Positions 39,117-48,375 of a stretch of 64,000 bases of DNA are shown here, piece after piece. The stretch is from a virus: positions 32,001-96,000 of IMG/VR virus record IMGVR_UViG_3300033145_001087. One strand, 5' to 3'. The position numbers and the translations under genes are program-made. The notes under the pieces were generated by a model. It was not told where the DNA came from. It saw only the letters and a list, made by a program, of their open reading frames with translations, and did no database searches. Each line of letters opens with the position of its first letter. The first letter of the stretch is position 1.

Positions 39117-39669
39117 TGTTCTCACCTATATTATAATTAAATATATCTTTAAGAAAATTGTAATATTGCTCCCAAGTAATATATTCCATTTCTTGTATTT
39201 TAAATGAATCTGTCCATTGTAATACATCATAAAAATGTTGTTTCTTTATTTCTTTTGGAATATGCTTAGTCCAATCTGTAATATTTACAATGCTCCATTT
39301 TGGAATAAAAGTTATTTTATTATCGTCAATCATACAAAGCCATCTATGATGACAAAATCCGGCATAACTTTCATTACCCTTCCAAGTATCAACACCCTTC
39401 GTACATTCTGTTAATATACTAGGGACGATTATTATACCCGCTTTACTAACACGCATCATTTCTTTACAGACAAAAAGTGGGTCTTTTATATCTTCTAATA
39501 CATTACTACAATATGCTAAATCAAATTCCTTATCTTTAAAAGGCCATTTTTTACATATATTCTGTTGTGTATAATGTAATTTACAATCCTTTGGTTTCTC
39601 TATAATATCTATAATATGCGTAGCATCTTTTTTTGTATTAATTGCTCCTCCAACATCTAAAATTTTCAT
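39109..39669 (-). CDS. Class I SAM-dependent methyltransferase
   Basis: ILDVGG, PFKDKEFD, SNVLED, EMMRV. Confidence 0.85.
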   Translation of the reverse strand: MKILDVGGAINTKKDATHIIDIIEKPKDCKLHYTQQNICKKWPFKDKEFDLAYCSNVLEDIKDPLFVCKEMMRVSKAGIIIVPSILTECTKGVDTWKGNESYAGFCHHRWLCMIDDNKITFIPKWSIVNITDWTKHIPKEIKKQHFYDVLQWTDSFKIQEMEYITWEQYYNFLKDIFNYNIGENNE

Positions 39670-39747
39670 ATTATTCTCACCTATATTCTAATATTTTTAT
39701 TTTATAAGATATTCCATATATATCACCTTTTTTATTTATAGTAATAT

Positions 39748-39774
39748 ATATGTAATTTTCTTATTGAATGTTTT
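39748..39774 (-). promoter_or_regulatory. Degenerate copy of the viral promoter motif
   Basis: AAAACATTCAATAAGAAAATTACATAT upstream of the MTase/GT genes. Confidence 0.35.
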
Positions 39775-39797
39775 GGTTTGGTTTGACACCTGACGAA

Positions 39798-40310
39798 CTA
39801 AACTTCATCGTACTGAAGCCGAAATTGTTTGGTCTGTGTTGCCCCCGCACTAGCCGCAGACGTTATACTTGCTTGTATAACAATAAAGTCACTATATCCT
39901 GTAGCTGTTAGACTAGCAGAAAGACTTCCTGTAAAGCCAAGATTAGCCGCTCCTGGGTCTGCTGTAGGCATTACTACACTGGCTTTAGCATCCAAATTAG
40001 TTGTTGGTGTTGTAAAAGTTGTTGTTCCACCATAAGTTGCTGTCGATGCTGAACATTTCAATGATTCTCCTGATACATAACCAGTTCCACTTGAACTCAT
40101 CCAAAGTTGAAGATTTTCAATCCTTGTAAATGTTCCACTCCAATATCCTCTAAACCATTTACTATATGAGTATGTTCCTGCTGTTATAGGATATGTACTT
40201 GGTGCTAGATTTGCTGAGTTATTACTACCCAAATTTAAATTTCCGGCTGTTATATCAGTCGTATCGCCGGCTGTTGCATTATATTCAATAAATGCGAATG
40301 TTGCTGCCAT
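39798..40310 (-). CDS. Ala/Thr/Ser/Gly-rich beta-sandwich structural protein
   Basis: Composition; YSYSKW..RIENLQLW; C-terminal FRLQYDEV; has its own promoter. Confidence 0.6.
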   Translation of the reverse strand: MAATFAFIEYNATAGDTTDITAGNLNLGSNNSANLAPSTYPITAGTYSYSKWFRGYWSGTFTRIENLQLWMSSSGTGYVSGESLKCSASTATYGGTTTFTTPTTNLDAKASVVMPTADPGAANLGFTGSLSASLTATGYSDFIVIQASITSAASAGATQTKQFRLQYDEV

Positions 40311-40367
40311 TTTATTTCCCTCTATTTATTTTATTGTTGTTTATTGCATTAAACATAAGTATATACT

Positions 40368-40399
40368 ATTATATGTAATTTCTCCTATATAAATCTTTT
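40368..40399 (-). promoter_or_regulatory. BRE-TATA promoter (32-bp motif copy)
   Basis: AAAAGATTTATATAGGAGAAATTACATATAAT; preceded by oligo-T terminator 40430-40412. Confidence 0.75.
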
Positions 40400-40432
40400 G
40401 GTTTTTAACCTAAAAAAAAGTAAAAAAATATT

Positions 40433-40795
40433 TTACTCTATATAACCACTAATAACGAATTTAACGCCTACTGCGTCTGCACTACTAACTATATGTCTAG
40501 TCTCTCCTGTAGAACCAGTCACAATCATTTTATAAGGTATTTCCCATGAAAAATCTAAACTTGATGATGACGCAATATGAAAATCTAATGCTTGAACTTC
40601 ACCCGCTTCAGTATAATTATCTGGGTATATCTTAAAATTTGCAGCCACTCCACCACTTGTTACTTTTAAATCTGTAATATTAATTTTTCTTACATTTGTA
40701 TTAGCACTTCCAATAGTAAAGATTGTTTCTGCAGTTGTTCCCATTGTAGATGCGAACTGAAACTGACTAACTTCGTGCCTTCCTATATTAACCAT
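40433..40795 (-). CDS. Small beta-rich putative virion protein
   Basis: INITDLKVT...FVISGYIE jelly-roll-like pattern. Confidence 0.55.
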   Translation of the reverse strand: MVNIGRHEVSQFQFASTMGTTAETIFTIGSANTNVRKINITDLKVTSGGVAANFKIYPDNYTEAGEVQALDFHIASSSSLDFSWEIPYKMIVTGSTGETRHIVSSADAVGVKFVISGYIE

Positions 40796-40813
40796 TTTTA
40801 TTTCCTCCGTTTA

Positions 40814-41272
40814 TTATCTATTAGCATTCCATTCAGTATAAGTTTCTGTTAACTCTATAGGAACCTTAATATAACCACAAGCTACTGTTATATTAGCATC
40901 TACTGTAGTTACTACTTCCAATCTTGCATTTTTCCAGCCTTGCCATTTACCTTGAAATGAAACAGAAAATACTACAGGAGCATCTGTAGCATCTGCATCT
41001 AAAATACTAATAGTTTCTGTATCGTCTGTAAATTGAATTGTTATAACATTCCCTGCTTTTTTTTCAGATGAAATTACTAAATCTGTCAAATAAAGACTCC
41101 CATCTGTAATTGGAGAAGTTATTATACTAGTTCCAGCAGTTGTTCTAGATACTGATTTAAAAGCCCCTTTTATATGACAAGGAGAACAAGTTACAAGTGT
41201 TTCTCCAATTAAAGTTTTTTCTACACAAAGTGCTTTATTATTTTTTAAATTAATTAAATGTGTTTTTACCAT
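40814..41272 (-). CDS. Small beta-rich putative virion protein
   Basis: LYLTDLVIS...ITVACGY; similar to neighbours. Confidence 0.55.
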   Translation of the reverse strand: MVKTHLINLKNNKALCVEKTLIGETLVTCSPCHIKGAFKSVSRTTAGTSIITSPITDGSLYLTDLVISSEKKAGNVITIQFTDDTETISILDADATDAPVVFSVSFQGKWQGWKNARLEVVTTVDANITVACGYIKVPIELTETYTEWNANR

Positions 41273-41282
41273 TATTTTTAAC

Positions 41283-41825
41283 TTAACTATTTTCTTGAAA
41301 ATAACCAAAAATATTTGCAGATACTGTTCCAGTAGCATTTATAGTAACAGCAAGTTCATCACCAGTATCTAATATTATAGCCCCATCTGTAGGAAATTTT
41401 TTTGGATTATGTGCAGGTGTATGAATACTATAAATAGTTTCTCCTGTTAAAGTACCTGTTACTGCAGCGTTTCCATAAGAAGTTACTAATGGTGTTTTAC
41501 CAGAACCGAAATTTAGATTTCTTCCTGTAATAGTTGTTCCAGCGGCTGTTCCACTAGTTACTTTAAACAATGTCCATAAAGTATTTACAGTATTACTAAA
41601 ACCAACTCTATAAATATGTAATGATTTTAAAGTATCTGTATTTTTGATATAAATAATTTCATCTCCAGCAGTAGCACCAAATGTACTTACCCAACCATAT
41701 GCTTCTCCTTCTTCCGCCTCTGCTTGTATTTCATGTCGAACAGTTGCATGTGTTTTTAATCTATTTCTACTATCTACTCCAGCAATATTACTATTCCCTT
41801 CACCATCTTCAATTCTTAGACCCAT
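41283..41825 (-). CDS. Putative virion protein, paralog of 41836-42390
   Basis: IEDGEG...YIKNTD...GT.IT..NLN.GSG. Confidence 0.6.
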   Translation of the reverse strand: MGLRIEDGEGNSNIAGVDSRNRLKTHATVRHEIQAEAEEGEAYGWVSTFGATAGDEIIYIKNTDTLKSLHIYRVGFSNTVNTLWTLFKVTSGTAAGTTITGRNLNFGSGKTPLVTSYGNAAVTGTLTGETIYSIHTPAHNPKKFPTDGAIILDTGDELAVTINATGTVSANIFGYFQENS

Positions 41826-41835
41826 TTTTCCACCT

Positions 41836-42390
41836 TTACTCTTGTTTATGATAATTAAATGATACATATAAATGTATATTTATCCCACCAGTTACTGCAT
41901 AAAATGTAATGGTTCTATTTTTAGGTATTACTATTGATTGGTAAAATTCATATGTATGAGATGCACCATCTGCACTAACTGCTATTCTATCTAATGAATT
42001 TCCATCACTCAATCCAGTTATATCATTTCCTTGTTCAAAAGTACCATCTGCTTGATGTCCACTACCTAAATTAGTATTTTGTGGAGTAATAGCTGTTCCG
42101 CCAGAAGGTGTCCCAGAATCATTTTTCTGTATAATAATTATTTCATTACTTGCAACATATAATTTTATTCTAGATATTATCATATCTATTTCTGAATCAT
42201 TTTTTATATAAGCAAAACAATCATCAGCACCAGTAGGAGTTACTGTAAAATATGCTTTATATCCTTGTCCTTCTTTATGTGAAATATAATGTTCTCTAGA
42301 TTCTGTCATTGCACCAACATTTAACATTTTATCTGAATTTACTTTTGCTAAATTACCATTACCTGTTCCATCACGTATCATTTCTGGAAT
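41836..42390 (-). CDS. Putative virion protein (probable ATT start)
   Basis: IRDGTG...YIKNDS...GT.IT..NTNLGSG. Confidence 0.6.
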   Translation of the reverse strand: MPEMIRDGTGNGNLAKVNSDKMLNVGAMTESREHYISHKEGQGYKAYFTVTPTGADDCFAYIKNDSEIDMIISRIKLYVASNEIIIIQKNDSGTPSGGTAITPQNTNLGSGHQADGTFEQGNDITGLSDGNSLDRIAVSADGASHTYEFYQSIVIPKNRTITFYAVTGGINIHLYVSFNYHKQE

Positions 42391-42414
42391 TTTAATCACC
42401 CCTTATTATATAAT

Positions 42415-42642
42415 TTAAACATCTTCATTTCTAATATACTCTTCTGTAAGTAAGGATAAATGCAAATTAACTTTTTTAATTTCTTTATAAATTTTATTTA
42501 ATAAATCTAAAATTTCTAAATTTTTTAATTCTGTTAAATCTAATTCAGTTTCACCATCGGTTTGTTTAATAAGTATAGAACCATCCTTTTCTACTCTTAA
42601 TTGTTGAGATGGATTATAACGGTCCGATATCTGTTCTCCCAT
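42415..42642 (-). CDS. Small protein with C-terminal coiled coil
   Basis: LLNKIYKEIKKVNLHL; N-terminus resembles neighbours. Confidence 0.55.
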   Translation of the reverse strand: MGEQISDRYNPSQQLRVEKDGSILIKQTDGETELDLTELKNLEILDLLNKIYKEIKKVNLHLSLLTEEYIRNEDV

Positions 42643-42974
42643 TATTTAACACCTTCTTCTTGAATATCGTTATTTTTAGTTTCATTATCTTGGTCATCTA
42701 ATATCATAAGTGGTGTTTTTAAACTAGATTGTTCAGTTAATATACTTACTTTTGGTAGCGGTATATTAAAATCCAATTGAACCGCACCATAAAACATTTT
42801 ATCAGAAAAAAATTGTTTGGTATTTTCTATTTCTTGTTTTAGTAATCCACTTTTAACTACTATACCATCTGCTAGAAAATGAAAATCATAAAAAGCCTCC
42901 CCCTCGTAAATATAAAGTCTACTATTTCTAGCAAGTTTTTTAAAATTTTCAAAACTTATAGATAATACTGTCAT
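42642..42974 (-). CDS. Hypothetical protein
   Basis: AGGAG RBS; coupled to next gene. Confidence 0.6.
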   Translation of the reverse strand: MTVLSISFENFKKLARNSRLYIYEGEAFYDFHFLADGIVVKSGLLKQEIENTKQFFSDKMFYGAVQLDFNIPLPKVSILTEQSSLKTPLMILDDQDNETKNNDIQEEGVK

Positions 42975-43048
42975 TTTAATTACTCCTTTTAAATAAGTAA
43001 ATAATCTTTTTAAATAAATAATTAAATGAAAATTTATTTATTTCAATA

Positions 43049-44116
43049 TCACTTACTATTTTTTCTAGTGTTTTTTTCTTTTTCATTTTTATCATTAAGT
43101 GATTCATCCAACGCTAATAGATATTTAAGTTTTGAATTAATATGATTATAGTATTCAACTTTTTCCAATGCTGTGTTTACTACTTTATCATAAAAATCTT
43201 TATCTGTCATTAACCTTTCTATTAAGCGTCTTCCGCCAACAACATCATATGGGTCTACACTTGTATAAGGATAACAAAGATTTATTGATTGTGTTCTATT
43301 ACTACCAACAACGGCTACTCCCATTGCAGCACAATCAACTATTGCTCTATTATAACTATGAAATGTAAATGGGTCATAAATGATTTTACTTTCACGCATT
43401 TGGTCACAAAAATCAAAATAATTTGTTCCACTAACAACATAATCAAACATAGTAGTTGTTAACCAAACTCGTTTATCTAAATTTTTATCATATCCTATTA
43501 ATTGTGTTGTTAAACCATTATTTCTAGTAACAAGATGTGGAATATATGAAAATCTATCATATCTTCTCCAAATTGTACTTATAACATCTTTCTTTGGTTT
43601 TTTTGGTAATGCTTTAAGTCTTTTAACGTCTGCTGGGTGAGGAATAATAAAACACTTTCTTCCTGTTAATTCAGAAAGAGCAGTTGTTTGATAATATTCC
43701 GTTCCAAAAAGCATATCTGCTTTTGAGATTTCCCTCTTTAAAGTATTTGGGTCAGTAAAAGTATTCCCCCAAGCTTCAGTTGTGTAATCATTATTTAGTA
43801 TTATTTTTGTTTTACTATTTTTTCCAAGTTGTTCCCATATATTCGAAACAAGTGGAATATCTTGTAAAGACATATTAACTTGAACAATATCATAGTCATT
43901 ATAATCTTTTACATCTCTTGGGTATTTTATTTCGCCATTAAATGTATTTATCCATTGATATAATCCTGTTCTAGTTATTTCTTCTTCAATTAATTGTTGA
44001 TGTATATACCCAGTTACGAGTAAATACTTAACATCTTTTGATGGTTTTCCAAAAATCTTTTGGGATAACCGTTCTATTATCTCTTCTGGAGTTTCCTCAC
44101 CTTTACTTTCTTCCAT
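43049..44116 (-). CDS. GT-B (GT4-like) glycosyltransferase in the head module
   Basis: IIPHP; HSYNRAIVDCAAMGVAVVGS; VDPYD..RLMTD. Confidence 0.65.
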   Translation of the reverse strand: MEESKGEETPEEIIERLSQKIFGKPSKDVKYLLVTGYIHQQLIEEEITRTGLYQWINTFNGEIKYPRDVKDYNDYDIVQVNMSLQDIPLVSNIWEQLGKNSKTKIILNNDYTTEAWGNTFTDPNTLKREISKADMLFGTEYYQTTALSELTGRKCFIIPHPADVKRLKALPKKPKKDVISTIWRRYDRFSYIPHLVTRNNGLTTQLIGYDKNLDKRVWLTTTMFDYVVSGTNYFDFCDQMRESKIIYDPFTFHSYNRAIVDCAAMGVAVVGSNRTQSINLCYPYTSVDPYDVVGGRRLIERLMTDKDFYDKVVNTALEKVEYYNHINSKLKYLLALDESLNDKNEKEKNTRKNSK

Positions 44117-44136
44117 TAGTCTCACCTATAAATTAA

Positions 44137-44313
44137 TTATTTTTTGCTTTTTCTTTTATACTTTACAACTTTCTTTTCTTTCCCAACTTCTTTTATGAGA
44201 ACATCAGTTTCTTTTATAACTTTGGTTGCTTCTTTAAGTATTTCGTCAACCGGTGTTTTCTTTTCTTCCTTTATAAAGTTATTTTTATGATTTAATTTAG
44301 TATCACATGCCAT
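44137..44313 (-). CDS. 58-aa basic hypothetical (not in ORF track)
   Basis: GAGGGG RBS; MACDTKLN...KRKAKK. Confidence 0.55.
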   Translation of the reverse strand: MACDTKLNHKNNFIKEEKKTPVDEILKEATKVIKETDVLIKEVGKEKKVVKYKRKSKK

Positions 44314-44362
44314 ATATATCCCCTCGATTTATTTTAAAAATAAAAAAAAATAAAAAATTTAT

Positions 44363-44536
44363 TTAGGCCACATTCATATTGGTTGCACCAACTTGACCTG
44401 CAGATTTTTTACCTTGTGCTCTGGAATTCTTTCTTATTGTTTCTTCTTCTGCTTTTTTCCCTTCTATGTTGCTTTCAGTAACTTTACCAACATACATTTT
44501 AGAACCAGGCACTGTTTTAACTTTGTCTGTAACCAT
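44363..44536 (-). CDS. 57-aa hypothetical (not in ORF track)
   Basis: GAGGT RBS; MVTDKVKTVPG...; followed by oligo-T 44357-44336. Confidence 0.55.
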   Translation of the reverse strand: MVTDKVKTVPGSKMYVGKVTESNIEGKKAEEETIRKNSRAQGKKSAGQVGATNMNVA

Positions 44537-44544
44537 TCTTTACC

Positions 44545-45147
44545 TCATTCCTGTAAATATGTCAAATACAATACTGCAAGTGATTTACCTGCTGCCATAG
44601 CTGTCATTTCTACAGTGTTATATGTTTTATTTATTGTTACTCCTTGGTATTCTCCAGTTCCATAAGCTGAACCATAAGAATAAGACAAGATGTCTGCACT
44701 CTTTTCTATAGGATATGGTAGTCCGATAACTTTTCTCCATCCAACTCCAACAGATGTAGTCTTTACAACTTGATTTGTAGTCATAGCTGTAATAGCTGAA
44801 TAAGCATAGCTTGTATAAGCACTACCTGCTGCGGCAGAAGTAATAGTAAGTGTGTCCGAAATTACATTACCCATTGCATCTATTCCATCAATAGTAAGTG
44901 TATCAGAATTATCTGCTGTTCCTGCTGCATTCCAATTGATAAGTATCTGTAAAGGATAAGGTGGTTGAACTAACAAATCAGCATTGCCATAAGCACTTGT
45001 TCCTTGAGCATTCATATCTTCTGCACTCATTATAGCGGCAGTTGATTCTGCTACTGTATCCGGAATACTATACTGCACCGGAATTTTTCCTTTAATTATA
45101 ACTTTTTTTGCGTTTATTTTATTATCACGCCATCCATATTTAGTCAT
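44545..45147 (-). CDS. Capsid decoration-like protein
   Basis: Directly after MCP; A/T/G-rich; TIDGIDAMGNVISDTL. Confidence 0.55.
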   Translation of the reverse strand: MTKYGWRDNKINAKKVIIKGKIPVQYSIPDTVAESTAAIMSAEDMNAQGTSAYGNADLLVQPPYPLQILINWNAAGTADNSDTLTIDGIDAMGNVISDTLTITSAAAGSAYTSYAYSAITAMTTNQVVKTTSVGVGWRKVIGLPYPIEKSADILSYSYGSAYGTGEYQGVTINKTYNTVEMTAMAAGKSLAVLYLTYLQE

Positions 45148-45220
45148 GTTTTTTCCTCCTCGCTTGTTTTATTATTTGTAATCGCCAACGAGCTTGTTAA
45201 TAACAAGTAATTACAAATTT

Positions 45221-45235
45221 AAAAAAATAAAAAAA
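45221..45235 (-). terminator. Oligo-T terminator after MCP
   Basis: TTTTTTTATTTTTTT on - strand. Confidence 0.55.
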
Positions 45236-45244
45236 GATGCGTTT

Positions 45245-46288
45245 TTACGCATCTGTGAAACAGCCCATACATATTGCTTTTTCATTGATTCTTGTCATTT
45301 TATACCAAGCATCAAGCAATACTTTGTGTTTCCTTTCGTCATCCAATGTGATAACTTTAACTTTTGCTTTTTCTTTCCAAACAATACCAGCTGCTGCTGA
45401 TGGGTCTATGATATAAGCAAAATGTCCTGCTGCTCCCCAATCGCCTCTTTGGTCGTTTGTAGCGTCTGTTGTAGTTACTCCTGCGGATACAAGTGTTGAA
45501 ACTTCAATTATAACACCAACATATTCTTCGATAACCCCTTTCCTAACTACGGATGGTGCTCCAAATTCTGCTGCGTTAGTAAACTGTGAAGATTTCAATA
45601 GCTGTTTAAACTGTGTTGGGTGAATAAACAAAATAGCTTCTTCTGGTCTTTTTGCAAAGTCCATATTCTGCAATCTTATCTTCATATCTACAATCTTATC
45701 AACATCTATAACATCTCCTGTAACTAACAAATCTACATTAGCTGCAAAAGCAGAATTGTCTGCAACAGTTGTTCCACCATAAATAGAACCTGCTCCAGTT
45801 GTTGCATTTATTGTTGCTCCTTCTAGAGTAAGATATGCATCTGTTTCTAGTGTTTTAAGATATTGTCTTGTTAGTTGTTTATGAGCCATTTCAACAATGC
45901 TAACTCTTGTAGCACTTGCTGTTTCAAACGAAACTGAACATCCACCAAGTTTAACATCTGCTGATGTTAGACTAACTGTTAGGTTGTCTGCTGAATCGAA
46001 TGTAGTCATAACCCTTTCAATACCTTCTTTATTTCCTGACCTGCCTCCCATTAGGTCAACATCTCCAATTTTTGGTATAACAATTGTTACGTCGTTATTT
46101 CCCATTAAATCGTTAAATTCGATAAAATACTTTGAAAGTACTCTATCAGGCTGAGCGTCGAAGATTATCTTCTCACTCCATGTACTACCCATTATACTTC
46201 CTATACCTGTGGTTTGAGAACCCCAGCTTGAAGTACCAATCATAGTAACTCCTGTAGCAAGTTGCTCAGGTTGTTTTATTTCTGACAT
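45245..46288 (-). CDS. Major capsid protein (HK97 fold)
   Basis: WSEKI, TIVIPK, FIHPTQFKQL, GVIEEYVGVIIEVS; follows scaffold. Confidence 0.88.
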   Translation of the reverse strand: MSEIKQPEQLATGVTMIGTSSWGSQTTGIGSIMGSTWSEKIIFDAQPDRVLSKYFIEFNDLMGNNDVTIVIPKIGDVDLMGGRSGNKEGIERVMTTFDSADNLTVSLTSADVKLGGCSVSFETASATRVSIVEMAHKQLTRQYLKTLETDAYLTLEGATINATTGAGSIYGGTTVADNSAFAANVDLLVTGDVIDVDKIVDMKIRLQNMDFAKRPEEAILFIHPTQFKQLLKSSQFTNAAEFGAPSVVRKGVIEEYVGVIIEVSTLVSAGVTTTDATNDQRGDWGAAGHFAYIIDPSAAAGIVWKEKAKVKVITLDDERKHKVLLDAWYKMTRINEKAICMGCFTDA

Positions 46289-46319
46289 TTTAATTATCCT
46301 CCTTAATAAATATATCTAA

Positions 46320-47171
46320 TTACATAAATTTTACTCTATTATTCCCAGGTTTGTTTTGTTCTCTAACTAATTCATTACAAATCCCTGCGAAAAAAGCACC
46401 ATTTGAAAGTTGTTCTTCCTTCTCCTCTGTCTTCACTTCAGGCTCTTCATCACTTTTTTCTTCTTGTTCTTCAGGCAGTTCTTCAGTTTGTTCTACTCCT
46501 GTAACGGCTGGTGCTTCTTTGGTATCTCCTGTTTTCTCCAATGCAGCATCAACAATTTTCTCGAATTCTCCGAGTGTTTCGTCGTCTTTATTTTCTAACT
46601 GTTCAACTGTTTTTTCTTGCCCAAGAAGGGTAAACTTCTTACTTAATTTTTCAAGCCTTTCACTTCTCATTTTAGCATATAGTTTTTCTTCTGCTTCTTT
46701 ATATCTATTCAATTGAGTCCCTAAGGATTCAACTTTTTTATCCAACTTTTCATTTTCCTTCATTAGTTGCTCTTTTTGAGCTTCTAAATCACTGTAATTA
46801 GCATAAAGCGTAACAAGTTCTTCACGAACTTCTTTTACTACTGCAAGCTCTTCTTTAGTTTGCTCTATTTCTGCTTCTATTTCTTTTTTTTCTTCTGTTG
46901 TCTCTTTATCACGAGGAGTTTCTTCTTCCTTAGGTTTTTCCTCTGATGTTTCCTCTTCTGTTTTGGGTTCCTCTTTAGCGGGTGCTACCTCTTCAGCAAC
47001 TTCCTCTTCAGTAGGAGTTTCCTTTTCTTCAACAGATTCTTCTTTAGTATCTGCATCAGTTTCTTTCTCAGATTCTTCTGAATTTGTCTCTTCTACAGGT
47101 TTTTCTTCTGTAGTCTCCTCAACTTTTTCTTCAGCGGAATCTTGAAGTTTTTCTTCTGTTTTTGTTTTCAT
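46320..47171 (-). CDS. Capsid scaffolding protein
   Basis: Very E/K-rich, coiled coil, between protease and MCP. Confidence 0.75.
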   Translation of the reverse strand: MKTKTEEKLQDSAEEKVEETTEEKPVEETNSEESEKETDADTKEESVEEKETPTEEEVAEEVAPAKEEPKTEEETSEEKPKEEETPRDKETTEEKKEIEAEIEQTKEELAVVKEVREELVTLYANYSDLEAQKEQLMKENEKLDKKVESLGTQLNRYKEAEEKLYAKMRSERLEKLSKKFTLLGQEKTVEQLENKDDETLGEFEKIVDAALEKTGDTKEAPAVTGVEQTEELPEEQEEKSDEEPEVKTEEKEEQLSNGAFFAGICNELVREQNKPGNNRVKFM

Positions 47172-47208
47172 TTATCTATCCTCCTCGTTAATCGAGTATA
47201 ATTTTTTA

Positions 47209-47457
47209 TTATCCGGTTAGATTGCCTAACCATGAATCAACCAAATGGTTGAAATAATCTGCTCTACTATTTTTTTCCATAGCATGTTTACCAGTAAATC
47301 TCTTTTTTAAAATGCTATTTGCGGCACGAAATGCCCTTTGCTCATTTCCTTTAGTACTTTTATAAACCGTATTGAATACTGCTCTCCATTGTCTTTGAAT
47401 TTTTGAACTATATTTCTTTACATATGCGGGTAACGATTTTATATCAGCATATGGCAT
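47209..47457 (-). CDS. ChaB-family protein
   Basis: MPY....LP..VK.....Q..W..VFN..Y....E..AF..A...LKK. Confidence 0.7.
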   Translation of the reverse strand: MPYADIKSLPAYVKKYSSKIQRQWRAVFNTVYKSTKGNEQRAFRAANSILKKRFTGKHAMEKNSRADYFNHLVDSWLGNLTG

Positions 47458-47458
47458 T

Positions 47459-48061
47459 TTAATTATCTACCATAATGCTATTATTTGGTTCTTGTCCTTG
47501 CATTACTAGACTAAGTTCTTTATAAGTTAAATCTTTTCCTACTAATCCAAGCAATTCATCATAATCAGCAATTGAATAAATTGTAGCACTTACTTCTTTA
47601 ATACTTCCATCTAAGACATTTCTGGCAAAAGTGTCACTATTTATATGTCCCCACCATCTAATACCTTTAATACTATCATCGTATTCTATTTGAGTAACTT
47701 GACCAATTATTTTTCCAGCTTCCGTATCTTTATGGTCTAACATCAAGGGGAAACTATTATTCAATGGATTAACGACAGATTTTTCAAGTTCTTCTGATGT
47801 ATAAAACTTAGCTAATGGTCTTCCTTCTGTTAAAAAAACACCTTTAACTTTTAAAGGTAATTTAAATGCTCCTTTTTTAAGTTGTTCTCCACATTCGACA
47901 ATTGAAGATAGTTTTTCACTACCAATTTCATTCTTTTTACTATTATAATAATCATTTAAAATTTGAAGCCTACTAAGTTTTTCTAATTCTGTATACTTAT
48001 ATCTAATAAGTTTCAAATAATTATCTAATTTATATATAAGGTCACTTGTTTTTTCTTTCAT
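47459..48061 (-). CDS. Prohead maturation protease
   Basis: PLMLDH (His), IIGQV, IKEVS (Ser), KELSLV; between portal and scaffold. Confidence 0.78.
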   Translation of the reverse strand: MKEKTSDLIYKLDNYLKLIRYKYTELEKLSRLQILNDYYNSKKNEIGSEKLSSIVECGEQLKKGAFKLPLKVKGVFLTEGRPLAKFYTSEELEKSVVNPLNNSFPLMLDHKDTEAGKIIGQVTQIEYDDSIKGIRWWGHINSDTFARNVLDGSIKEVSATIYSIADYDELLGLVGKDLTYKELSLVMQGQEPNNSIMVDN

Positions 48062-48375
48062 TTTATTTTATCCAATCTATCAAAGTGTGTATGTTTTAAT
48101 TTTGTTTTAATTTTATTATGTAATCGTTCTATATCTCTATATGATAATTCCTTCTTTTCTCTTTTTTGATAAAATCTATGTAATAATGCGTGTGTCAATA
48201 TTAACTGGTCTTGTGTTAATATTTCAACATCCATTTCCTTTGTTATAATAAGGTCCCCCCCGGGGGAATTATCTCCCCCCGAAGGGAATTTAGGTGAGAC
48301 AGACGCACCGGTTACGCCATTATGAAGTTGTGAATCTAATCTTGATAATAATTCTTTATATTTCCTTTGTTTCAT
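48058..48375 (-). CDS. Hypothetical His-rich head-module protein
   Basis: HALLH...LH...HTHFD.LD; ATGA coupling on both sides. Confidence 0.6.
   Translation of the reverse strand: MKQRKYKELLSRLDSQLHNGVTGASVSPKFPSGGDNSPGGDLIITKEMDVEILTQDQLILTHALLHRFYQKREKKELSYRDIERLHNKIKTKLKHTHFDRLDKIK

Noticed and set aside
47209-47457. ChaB-like gene in the head module as a novelty
   Set aside because: ChaB homologs are already known in viral genomes; kept as a feature only
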